Positions 8,701 to 15,549 of a DNA stretch of 17,283 nucleotides are shown here, one piece after another. The notes beneath the pieces are model-generated. The model made no database searches and was not told where the DNA came from. It was given only the letters and a program-made list of their open reading frames with translations. How positions within the stretch are numbered: the stretch's first letter is position 1; every line of letters begins with the position of its first letter. The stretch comes from an uncultured Deinococcaceae bacterium (GTDB lineage: Bacteria > Deinococcota > Deinococci > Deinococcales > Deinococcaceae): assembly GCA_964252075.1 (NCBI GenBank), contig CAXULY010000072.1, positions 1-17,283 of the forward strand, read 5' to 3'. Made by a program: the position numbers and the translations under genes.

Positions 8701-9227
8701 TGGACGCCCTAGCCGCTGAGGAGGACGCGGGCGCGGGCGCGCTCCAGGTGGCGCTGGAGCGCGCGTGGCTCGCCTGGAGGGCCGGCCGCACGGCGGAGGC
8801 GGCGTGGCGACTGGAGGCCCTGCAGGGCGCGCACGACCGCTTCAGTCCCCTGGCGCGCGAGCGGCTCGCGCTGCTGCGCGCCCACACCGCCCTCGCCGGG
8901 CGTCCAGGAGAGGCCGCGGACCTCTCCCGGACGCTCGGAGTGACGCCCACCCTGCGCGCCGCCGCCTTGAGCGTCTTGCTCACCGCCACGCCAGACGACC
9001 AGGCGGCGCGCGTCGAGGCGACGGCGCTCCTCGCGTCCGGCCGCGCCGCGCCACTCGCGGCGCTGGACCTGCGCCGCGCCCTCGCCCGCTCGGGTCCGGA
9101 GGGCGCGCGGCGGGCGCACACCGCGGAGGCCGACGCGCTGCTGGGCCGCCTCGCCGCGTCCCTGGACGACGCACTCCGCTCCACCTTCCTGGCCGGGTAC
9201 GCCGCCCCCCTGGAAGAGCCCCGGTGA
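5781..9227 (+). CDS. SARP-family transcriptional activator: winged HTH + BTAD + STAND ATPase + long TPR-like sensor region (~1148 aa)
   Basis: LLGSPRL...RKALALIAYLALEG...RERAADLLW...RRNLRQEL; BTAD (LDPLQEAHEREAIRL...LEPLPET); LIGR; Walker A GEPGVGKT; Walker B LVWDDLHWMD; GGNPLF; Ala/Leu-rich TPR-like helices to the end. Confidence 0.93.
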   Translation: MLVRLLGSPRLQVGEREVRPPSRKALALIAYLALEGPQPRERAADLLWTQAGARRNLRQELFLIGRSALAGALHVTASHLALTDGVAVDALDLVRGARDGDLTRALAAGTGALLDGHALEDAPAFEGWLGAWRARLAELGREVRARRAAQLETDGDLRGALALHLEVLALDPLQEAHEREAIRLHARLGERERALERYARFHALLAEDLGLEPLPETRQEADLAARGAAPVAAPPVPAAQPSPALQPPLIGRQDVWRALEGSPTGLTLLHGEPGVGKTRLTLAFAATLGVPVVVQGREVAQGTPLYPVAEALRAALREPRAKARLDALDEVWRVEVGRLVPEFAPPGSGPENRARFVEALTRALLAAAGPGGALVWDDLHWMDGATLEVLAHLVRRPPEGDAPRALATARTDELRELPGGPALREALRREGRLVEVALPGLAEGEVRDLVEALSGTAAERFSRRLHAATGGNPLFVLETLRALFERGELTRDAAGWRSVVDETTEDYAELTIAPGVREAIASRVERLGAAARRLLEAASVCADDFTLADLSSALALSEWEAVDALEQLTGASLLEGRAGAYRFPHSLLRRTVASGLGAERRRLLHRRLAATLGARGDDPARVAEHLDQAGEVSEAAAWHARAAVAAARVFAYREALQHYDRALSAVSEPVRAFAWRLARVDLLRILDDRAALRAEVAALAAVAERLGEAERAQAALRRAAVHDQAGERPEALAAAREAAAARGLPTPLRAEALKWLGVAHQRRRDFVAAEAHFREGLALPDVPPATEAGLHDGLTYCLIEQGERAAARDHNRRALALFTRAADLRGQAIARNTAARLAMLDGDFAGAATHLRAALEGAREAGDVKLVKAFLTNLVHVLSDDGHLDEAIDALQEGLDLVRAGDDRAGEGRLEERLGDLQWLRGRLGAALAAYGRAAQIAEELGDRASAFHSCLADVRARLALHDLAPAARALDDLDALAAEEDAGAGALQVALERAWLAWRAGRTAEAAWRLEALQGAHDRFSPLARERLALLRAHTALAGRPGEAADLSRTLGVTPTLRAAALSVLLTATPDDQAARVEATALLASGRAAPLAALDLRRALARSGPEGARRAHTAEADALLGRLAASLDDALRSTFLAGYAAPLEEPR

Positions 9228-9530
9228 GGCCACGGCCCGACGCCTGAAATCGCCCGGCGCGCCCAGCCGGGCCGGAGGAGTCCTGAACGGCGACCTGAGG
9301 GATGCGCCCCGGTGGTGCACGGACCGGGAGGTTCGCCCCACATGATCCAGGACCCATGCGCGTTGTGCGGGTCAACTCAATGGGACCTGGTTGGAGCCGG
9401 CACAGTTCCTGCCCCACGCAATTGTGAAGGACCCGTTCGGTGGGGTGGGCGACTCCACGTGATGTTCTGGCTGGCGGCCTACCTGCGGCGGACTGGGCCA
9501 GTCGCCGCGCAGCGCCGTCTCTTCAGCAGC

Positions 9531-10316
9531 TCAGTCCGCGCGAAACCGCCGAACGGCGAAGTCCACGAGTTCACGCTGCCGCATGAGTTTCGCTGTGGCG
9601 CGTCCGACCCGGCCCACCTGCACGGCCCCACTGGCCTCGAACGCCGCTTTGACCGGCGGGAAGCTCGCATCGTCGTAGGCGAGGTCCATGAAGGTCTTCC
9701 AGACGCGCACGCCATCCTCCACGATGGGCGCCCCCTGCTGCGCCCAACCGCGCGTCCCCGAGCGGTGCTCCGCCAGGTGCAGGCTGGAGTTCTTCTCCAC
9801 CCCCAGCAGCAACACCAGGCCATTCAGTTCGTACAGGCGCGCCAGAGGTGAACCCTCATCGAGGCCATGGACGAGCTGGTGGTCCGCCGTCAGGACCTCC
9901 GCGTTCGGCCCGAGGGCGGTGAACGACACGTGCGGGTGCCGACTGCGGCGAGCCCCCGGCCAGGAACGGAACGTCTCGGCCACCGTCCCCATCCACTGGG
10001 TTGGCGTGATGGCTGGGTCAAACGCGGGCAGTTCAGCCCGAATGACCGACCACCACTGTTCCGCCACGGGTGGAGCGCGCCAGTGGGAGGGGTCCGTCAG
10101 GTTCTCGGTGAAGGTCGGCATCATCAGGGTGCCGTGCGGCCCCAGTGCGTCAAGGAGCGCCTGGATGACCGCCACCGGCCCACCGGCCACCCAGCCGAGT
10201 GCACTGAGGCTGGCGTGCAGCAGAACGGTCTCGCCCGGCGGCAGACCGAGGGCGCGCAGATCCTCAGCGAGGCTGCTTCTGGTCTGGGGGGCGTCCGCAA
10301 GTCGGGGGTTGCTCAT
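9531..10316 (-). CDS. AAC(3)-family (Antibiotic_NAT, YokD-like) N-acetyltransferase (261 aa)
   Basis: DLRALGL..GETVLLHASLSALGWVAGG, GTLMMPTFT, MGTVAETFR, RSRHPHVSF, SPLARLY...VLLLGV, NSSLHLAE; GAGG upstream of ATG 10316. Confidence 0.93.
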   Translation of the reverse strand: MSNPRLADAPQTRSSLAEDLRALGLPPGETVLLHASLSALGWVAGGPVAVIQALLDALGPHGTLMMPTFTENLTDPSHWRAPPVAEQWWSVIRAELPAFDPAITPTQWMGTVAETFRSWPGARRSRHPHVSFTALGPNAEVLTADHQLVHGLDEGSPLARLYELNGLVLLLGVEKNSSLHLAEHRSGTRGWAQQGAPIVEDGVRVWKTFMDLAYDDASFPPVKAAFEASGAVQVGRVGRATAKLMRQRELVDFAVRRFRAD

Positions 10317-10917
10317 GGGCGCATCCTCTCGCGCGCCCGGCCCGAAGCCATCCGACAACTGGCGTAGCCCCTTGGTGTCCCCAATGGGTGGAGGCCAGCC
10401 AATTGCGAGGGCGCGGGGGTCCACCCGTTGACCTCACCGCCACTCCAGAATCCCGGTTGCGCCCATCACTCGGCACCAAGCTGCGCGACATGGCCGAGGC
10501 GCTGCGCATGGCTGATGGGCTCAATCCGCCCCGCGCCGGAATGAACATCAGCACTAGTCCCTGTCGGACGTCTGGCACTTGATGCAGCACCTGCACGGCC
10601 GCGTCAGCCTCGCCTCCCGAGGCGCGCCGTGAGGCGCCTTGAGGACGGTGCGCCGCACCTGCTCGCCACGGTCCGTGCTGACCGCTCAAATTAGGAAGGG
10701 ACAGTCACTGAACGTTACCAGCACGTCCCGCACTTCCAACTGTTCGCCGTAGATGGTCAGCGGTTCAGCCTCACTGCCTGCATGTGCTCAACGCCCGGTG
10801 TCCTTCAACCCAACGACCTCCGCGTAAACGAACACTTCCAGTGCCGCAGCGTGAGCAAGGCGATGCAGGCCGCCCGGCTAAACCTGGGGGCACAGCGGGA
10901 GCACGACCACGGCCAAC

Positions 10918-10952
10918 CCATGACGGCGCCGTGACGCCCACTGACCTACGGT
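10918..10952 (+). promoter_or_regulatory. Class I SARP-type promoter element for the interrupted lipoprotein gene
   Basis: CCATGACGGCGCCGTGACGCCCACTGACCTACGGT: ATGACG/GTGACG 11 bp apart, 10-nt spacer, TACGGT. Confidence 0.78.
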
Positions 10953-11009
10953 CCTGGTCAGCGGAACCGCACGCAGCCGCGCGCCGTTCTGCATGGAAAA
11001 GGAGCAACC

Positions 11010-11483
11010 ATGATGGACTGGACCTTGAAGCTGACCCTGCTCAGCGCGCTGACCCTCGGCACCCTGGCGTCCTGTAGCCTTACCCCCATTCGGACGCCCG
11101 TCTCGGACGCCGCCAGCTCAGTCGCATCACAGGATGAAGGCAATGCACCCGCCACTGCGCACACCATGAACACGCGCCAGGAGACCCCGATGCACAGCGA
11201 CGGCCTGTAGCTCACCAAGGCGTGCGAGACCTTACCGAGCCTTCTCAAGACCTCCAGTGCAGGCGACACCGTCAAAATCCTGCCTGACGTCATCAGCACG
11301 CTTGACTTCCCGCTCACAGTGCCGAGTAGCGTCATCATTGACGGCAGCGTGGCGCCCACCGGCGCGAAGCTCACCTTCTCCACGAAACGCGGGGCGGAAG
11401 GCAAGGCCCACGACCGCGCCCTCACTTTCGCTGGGGACGCCTCCCTCAGAAACCTAGAGGCCGCGGTGCGCTCGACAGCGTGA
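11010..11483 (+). pseudogene. Lipoprotein gene with an in-frame TAG at 11208-11210; the continuation resembles the N-terminus of a beta-helix protein
   Basis: AAGGAG RBS, lipobox LASC. After the TAG the same frame stays open for 90 codons (LTKACETLPSLLKTSSAGDTVKILPDVISTLDFPLTVPSSVIIDGS...ALTFAGDASLRNL) to TGA 11481-11483. Confidence 0.7.
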
Positions 11484-11541
11484 GTCTCCCCGGGGGCTGG
11501 GCATGGTGACTGAAGTCCAGCAGGACGGCCATCGCCGTCCC

Positions 11542-11576
11542 GCGTCATGCCGCCGCCACGTCCGCCCCCCTACCCT
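11542..11576 (+). promoter_or_regulatory. Class II direct-repeat promoter element for the small protein gene
   Basis: GCGTCATGCCGCCGCCACGTCCGCCCCCCTACCCT: CGTCAT/CGCCAC 11 bp apart, TACCCT -10; aligns without gaps to 14592-14626. Confidence 0.55.
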
Positions 11577-11629
11577 GACGGTGCACCGTGGCGCCCGACC
11601 GACGCGCACCGGTGCGGAAGCGAGGTTGA

Positions 11630-11854
11630 ATGAACGACAACAGCCCACAAGACGCCTCCTCACCGCTTGGTGCGTACGGCGCAAGTGGCCGGGTGTATGT
11701 GCTGCGGGTGTGGTACGAGGGGGGCAGTGAGCCGAGGCGGTGGCGATCCACGGTCCGTGAAGGCCACCAGGGTGAACGGCGGTCCTTCGCGTCGGTGGAC
11801 GCCTGCCTCGAACACCTGTACGCCGAACTGCTCCGCCAGGACGGATCCGTGTGA
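11630..11854 (+). CDS. Small hypothetical protein (74 aa) with a YVLRVW...WR...GERRSF...L.HL motif
   Basis: GAGG before ATG. Compact beta-beta-beta-alpha-like pattern. From recollection (not searched) it resembles small proteins found next to BTAD regulators in Deinococcota/Chloroflexota. Confidence 0.8.
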   Translation: MNDNSPQDASSPLGAYGASGRVYVLRVWYEGGSEPRRWRSTVREGHQGERRSFASVDACLEHLYAELLRQDGSV

Positions 11855-11869
11855 AAGGCCCGGCCAATG

Positions 11870-11896
11870 AATGCGCGCCACAAGGCGGCGCGCATT
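11870..11896 (+). terminator. Putative terminator hairpin after the small protein gene
   Basis: AATGCGCGCC-ACAAGGC-GGCGCGCATT, a 10-bp perfect stem about 15 nt after the stop; weak U-tract. Confidence 0.5.
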
Positions 11897-12172
11897 GACT
11901 CAAGCTGCGGCCAGCATCGGCGGAAGTGCGAGGTCTCGCAGGCCACCACCTCGATCTGACCAGGCCGAAGGCGTCCAGGACGCGCCCAGGCCGTCGGGCG
12001 TGGGGGGCTGGGTCCTGGGCGCGGCGACGTGGAGGGCATCAATCCAAAACGGGGTACCCATTGCGCCCGGAGGGAGCGCCGGCAAGTTGCGGACCGGTCG
12101 GACGTGCACCAAGGCGTGGTCCGTGGTCGGGCGGCGCGGCGTTCATGAAGGTCAGGCGCGTGGGGTTTTGTG

Positions 12173-12178
12173 TAACTT
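12173..12178 (+). promoter_or_regulatory. -10 box (TAACTT) of a predicted leaderless promoter for STAND regulator 2
   Basis: TG-TAACTT in a locally AT-rich patch, 5 nt before GTG 12184. Confidence 0.55.
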
Positions 12179-12183
12179 GAGGT

Positions 12184-14256
12184 GTGTCCTCACCGAACGC
12201 GGGGTGGCAGCTGACGGTCCTCGGCGCGGCGTCGTTGCGCGGGCCGGACGGTCAGCTCGTCCGGATTGATGCCAGGGGGCTGGCCCTGCTGGCGTACCTG
12301 GCCCTGGAAGGCCGCCAGCCGCGCGCGCTGCTCGCCGCGCTGCTGTGGCCCGGCACGGAGGGCGCCGCCGCGCGGAACAACCTCGTGCACCTTTTGCGGC
12401 GCCTGCGAACCGCCACCGCTGAGGACCTGGTGCAGGCGGACGCGCAGCACCTGAGCCTCGCGCCGACCGTGCAGGTGGACGCCCTGAGCGTGAACGCCAT
12501 GGCGGTGGGGCACCCACCCGCGCCGTTCCTTTCGGAGCACGACTTTGATGGGAGTCAGGACCTCGAAGACTGGGTGTTCAGTCAGCGGGAAGCGCTGCTG
12601 AGTCGCTGGATGGCCAGCGCCTGGCAGCAGCTCGCGCGGGCCGAGGCGCACGGGCGCGTTGAGGAGGCGCTCCAGGTGGTGCAGGTGCTGCTTGACGCGG
12701 ACCCCCTGGCAGAAGCGGCGCACCGGGCGTTGATGCGCCTCCAGTACGCCCGCGCCGATCGGCCCGCGGCGCTGCAGGCGTACCAGCGCTTCAAGGCGTT
12801 GCTGCGCGACGAGGTGGGCGTGGAGCCGGAAGCCGAGACGGTTCAGCTGGCCCGCGCCATTGATGCCGGGACGCTGCCGGTGGCGGCGCAGGCGGGCAGC
12901 ATCCCCCTGAGCGTGCTGCGCCCGCCCACGCTGGTGGGGCGCGAGGCCGAGTGGGCGCGGATGGAGCAGGCGTGGGCGTCCGGGCTGGGCATCATGGTGA
13001 TCGGCGATCCAGGCAGCGGGAAGTCGCGGCTGGCGGTGGACTTCCTGCGCTCCAAGAGCACCCACCAGCTGCTGCTGTTCGAGGGCCGCCCGGGCGACCA
13101 GGCGGCGCCGTACACCACCCATGCCCGCACGTACAAGCAGGTGCTGGACGCCTACCCGGACCTGGCGCTGCCCGGCTGGGTGAAGGGGGAACTGTCGCGC
13201 ATCATTCCTGAACTCAGGGGCCCTGGTGACCCCGTCCCGCTGCCGCTGAGCTCCGAGGGCGACAAGCTGCGGTTTTACGAGGCGAAGGTGGAGATGATCC
13301 GACTCGTCGCCGAGCGTGGGCCGGTGATCCTGGCGTCCGACGACCTGCAGTTCATGGATGAGGCCAGCATTGAGGCGGGGGGTTTCGTCTTCTCCAGGTT
13401 CTTCGGGGACGCCCAGACCAACCTGCGCACCTTGTTCTGCTTCCGCACGGGCGCCCTGTCCGGCCTCGCGGCGGCGGTCGCGCAGCAGATGATGGACGCC
13501 GGACTGGCGGTGCCCATCCGGCTGGGGCCGCTGGACGGCGCGGCGGTGGGCGCCCTCCTGAGCGACATCGAGGTGCCCGGCGAGGACGACCTGGCCGGAC
13601 CGCTGTGGCACCACACGCAGGGCAACCCGCAGTTCGTGCTGGAGGTCATCAAGGGCATGTACGAGACGCGCACCTTCAGCGTGCCGTCCGACCACACAGA
13701 CCGGGACGGCGACGTGGCCGGGCAGATCGCGGAGCGGCTCGCGCGCCTCAGCGCGCCGGCGCTGCGGGCCGCGCGGGCCGCGGCGGTGCTGCAGGGTGGC
13801 TTCACCCTGGAGTTGGTGGCGGAGGTGCTGCACATCGGGCTGCTGGACATCGCCTCCGCGTGGGAGGAACTGGAGCGGGCGCAGGTCACGCGCGGTGAAC
13901 GCTTCGCCCACGACCTGCTGGGTGAGGCGGTCCTCGCGCAGCTGCCCCCCACCACCGCCCGCCTGCTGCACCGGTCGGCGGCGCAGGTGCTGACCGCCGA
14001 CCGGATCGGGGAGCGGCTGGGAGTCGGCGCGCAGGCCGCGCGGGTGGCGCGGCACTGGCAGGCGAGCGGCGAGCCGCTGCGGGCGGCGCCGTGGCTCGTG
14101 AAGGCCGCCGAAGCGGCCGAGGCCACCTTGCGGCCGGAAGAGGCGGCGGGGTTCTACCGCGAGGCCGCCGCGCTGTTCGACGCGGCTGGACAGGCGGCTG
14201 AAGCGGAGGCGGCGCGAACCGCGGCGCAGCACGTGCAGGTGCGCACGGCTGGATAA
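12184..14256 (+). CDS. SARP-family transcriptional activator: winged HTH + BTAD + STAND ATPase, short C-terminus (690 aa)
   Basis: WQLTVLG...LALLAYLALEG...LAALLWP...ARNNL; BTAD (DPLAEAAHRALMRL...VEPEAET); LVGREAEW; Walker A GDPGSGKS; Walker B LASDDLQFMD; GNPQF; FAHDL. Confidence 0.93.
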   Translation: MSSPNAGWQLTVLGAASLRGPDGQLVRIDARGLALLAYLALEGRQPRALLAALLWPGTEGAAARNNLVHLLRRLRTATAEDLVQADAQHLSLAPTVQVDALSVNAMAVGHPPAPFLSEHDFDGSQDLEDWVFSQREALLSRWMASAWQQLARAEAHGRVEEALQVVQVLLDADPLAEAAHRALMRLQYARADRPAALQAYQRFKALLRDEVGVEPEAETVQLARAIDAGTLPVAAQAGSIPLSVLRPPTLVGREAEWARMEQAWASGLGIMVIGDPGSGKSRLAVDFLRSKSTHQLLLFEGRPGDQAAPYTTHARTYKQVLDAYPDLALPGWVKGELSRIIPELRGPGDPVPLPLSSEGDKLRFYEAKVEMIRLVAERGPVILASDDLQFMDEASIEAGGFVFSRFFGDAQTNLRTLFCFRTGALSGLAAAVAQQMMDAGLAVPIRLGPLDGAAVGALLSDIEVPGEDDLAGPLWHHTQGNPQFVLEVIKGMYETRTFSVPSDHTDRDGDVAGQIAERLARLSAPALRAARAAAVLQGGFTLELVAEVLHIGLLDIASAWEELERAQVTRGERFAHDLLGEAVLAQLPPTTARLLHRSAAQVLTADRIGERLGVGAQAARVARHWQASGEPLRAAPWLVKAAEAAEATLRPEEAAGFYREAAALFDAAGQAAEAEAARTAAQHVQVRTAG

Positions 14257-14591
14257 CCAGCCCGCGCCGGGGCCGAAGGTGGTCGGCGGATGACGGCCGC
14301 GCACGAACGCCCGGGACGGACCGTCGAAGGCGGATGCAGCGCGGTCCGGCGTCGCGCACGCCCGCGTTCTGAAGGATGACCGTGGGCGTGCGCGACGCCG
14401 CCCTCCTCGCCGCGCGCGTGATGCGCCCTGGTTCCCAGCGGGCCGAGGAGCGGGCGACCGAGCTGGAAGGCCCGTGGCCCTGACAGCAGTGGACTGAAGC
14501 GCGCTCGCGCTGCACGGCGTTCCGCGCGTGCGGGCGCCGCAGTGGTCGATGTCAGTACGCCCACGCCGCACGCCGGGTTGGCGCGGGCGGT

Positions 14592-14626
14592 GCGTCATGG
14601 GGCGACCATTCCCGGTTTCCTAAGCT
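14592..14626 (+). promoter_or_regulatory. Class II direct-repeat promoter element for the secreted-protein operon
   Basis: GCGTCATGGGGCGACCATTCCCGGTTTCCTAAGCT: CGTCAT/GACCAT 11 bp apart, TAAGCT -10 about 40 nt before ATG 14667. Confidence 0.55.
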
Positions 14627-14666
14627 CCTGTTCAGAAGCGCCCCCGTGGCGCCCAGAAGGAGCTCC

Positions 14667-15449
14667 ATGATGACCACCTCGAAGTCCACCCGCCTGCTCA
14701 TCCTCCCGGCCCTGGGTCTGCTCTCGCTCCCTGCCGTCGCCAGCGCCTCACCCACCGCCCCGCTGCTCGCGGTGTCGCGCGCCGCGCCCGGCTTCATCAC
14801 CGGCAAGGTGGTCGATCAGAACGGCAAGCCCATCAAGGGCGCGGAGATCGTCGCGGACAACACCCTCTCGTACAACAGCAACCTGCTGGGTTACAGCGGC
14901 CCCGACGGCACGTACCGCATCGAGATCGGCACGCTGGCTGCCACCTGGAACGTGACCGCGACGCTGAAACTGCAGGACAACGGCAGCCAGGCCACGGTGC
15001 GGCTCACCCCGGACAACGCCCAGGTGGTGCCCGGCGGCCTGCATGGCGGGGGGGTGCGCAACTTCACGTACCGGCCGAAGAGCAGCACGCCCGAGAACCC
15101 GTACGGCGCGGTGGGCGTCATCAACGTGCAGCGCGGCATCGGGCAGTACGGTGTGGATGAATCCAGTATCACCCTGACCATCACGCCGGTGGGCGCGCTG
15201 GCGGACGGCAGCGCCGGTCGGCGCCTGGTGGTCAAACCGGTCCGCACCGGCGACGGGTGGATCGTCCCGGACGTGATGTTCGGCACCTACACCGTGAGCG
15301 CCACGATGAACGGCGCGCCCCTGAAGATCCGGCAGAAGGTGCCGAGCGGCCCCCTGCCCGCCTGGCAGGACCGCTACACCGGCGGCTTCACGCACGACTT
15401 CTGGGCGGTCCGGCCGGTGATGTTCGTGGAAGTCGGGGACGGTGAGTAG
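14667..15449 (+). CDS. Secreted protein with a carboxypeptidase-regulatory-like (transthyretin-like beta-sandwich) domain (260 aa)
   Basis: AGAAGGAG RBS; signal peptide ending AVASA; ITGKVVDQNGKPIKGAEI...GPDGTYRI motif; second beta-sandwich with GTYTVSAT. Confidence 0.85.
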   Translation: MMTTSKSTRLLILPALGLLSLPAVASASPTAPLLAVSRAAPGFITGKVVDQNGKPIKGAEIVADNTLSYNSNLLGYSGPDGTYRIEIGTLAATWNVTATLKLQDNGSQATVRLTPDNAQVVPGGLHGGGVRNFTYRPKSSTPENPYGAVGVINVQRGIGQYGVDESSITLTITPVGALADGSAGRRLVVKPVRTGDGWIVPDVMFGTYTVSATMNGAPLKIRQKVPSGPLPAWQDRYTGGFTHDFWAVRPVMFVEVGDGE

Positions 15450-15549
15450 GCATGAACTGCCCCCACCAGACGCCCACCCGACCCGACCCCGCCGAAACGC
15501 GGGCGCTGCCCGGCCTGCGGTGCGGCCGCGGACCCCTCTAGGAGCTTCG

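Noticed and set aside
9228..9530. ORF 9312..9851 or an ncRNA in the convergent intergenic gap
   Set aside because: The ORF overlaps AAC(3) antisense and lacks motifs; no recognisable RNA structure family.
11208..11210. Programmed amber read-through (pyrrolysine or recoding)
   Set aside because: No pyl genes or tRNA in the window, and TAG is used as a normal stop at 15447-15449; a nonsense mutation is simpler.
5781..14256. STAND ATPases as Avs/NLR-type anti-phage effectors
   Set aside because: Their N-termini are wHTH-BTAD transcription-activation modules, not nuclease, protease, TIR or SIR2 effectors, and no defence genes are adjacent. An indirect role in defence cannot be excluded.
14257..14590. 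Small gene or riboswitch between regulator 2 and the secreted operon
   Set aside because: Only Arg/Ala/Pro-rich frames and short GC hairpins; nothing I can support.
12190..14598. 802-aa minus-strand ORF
   Set aside because: Antisense shadow of STAND regulator 2.
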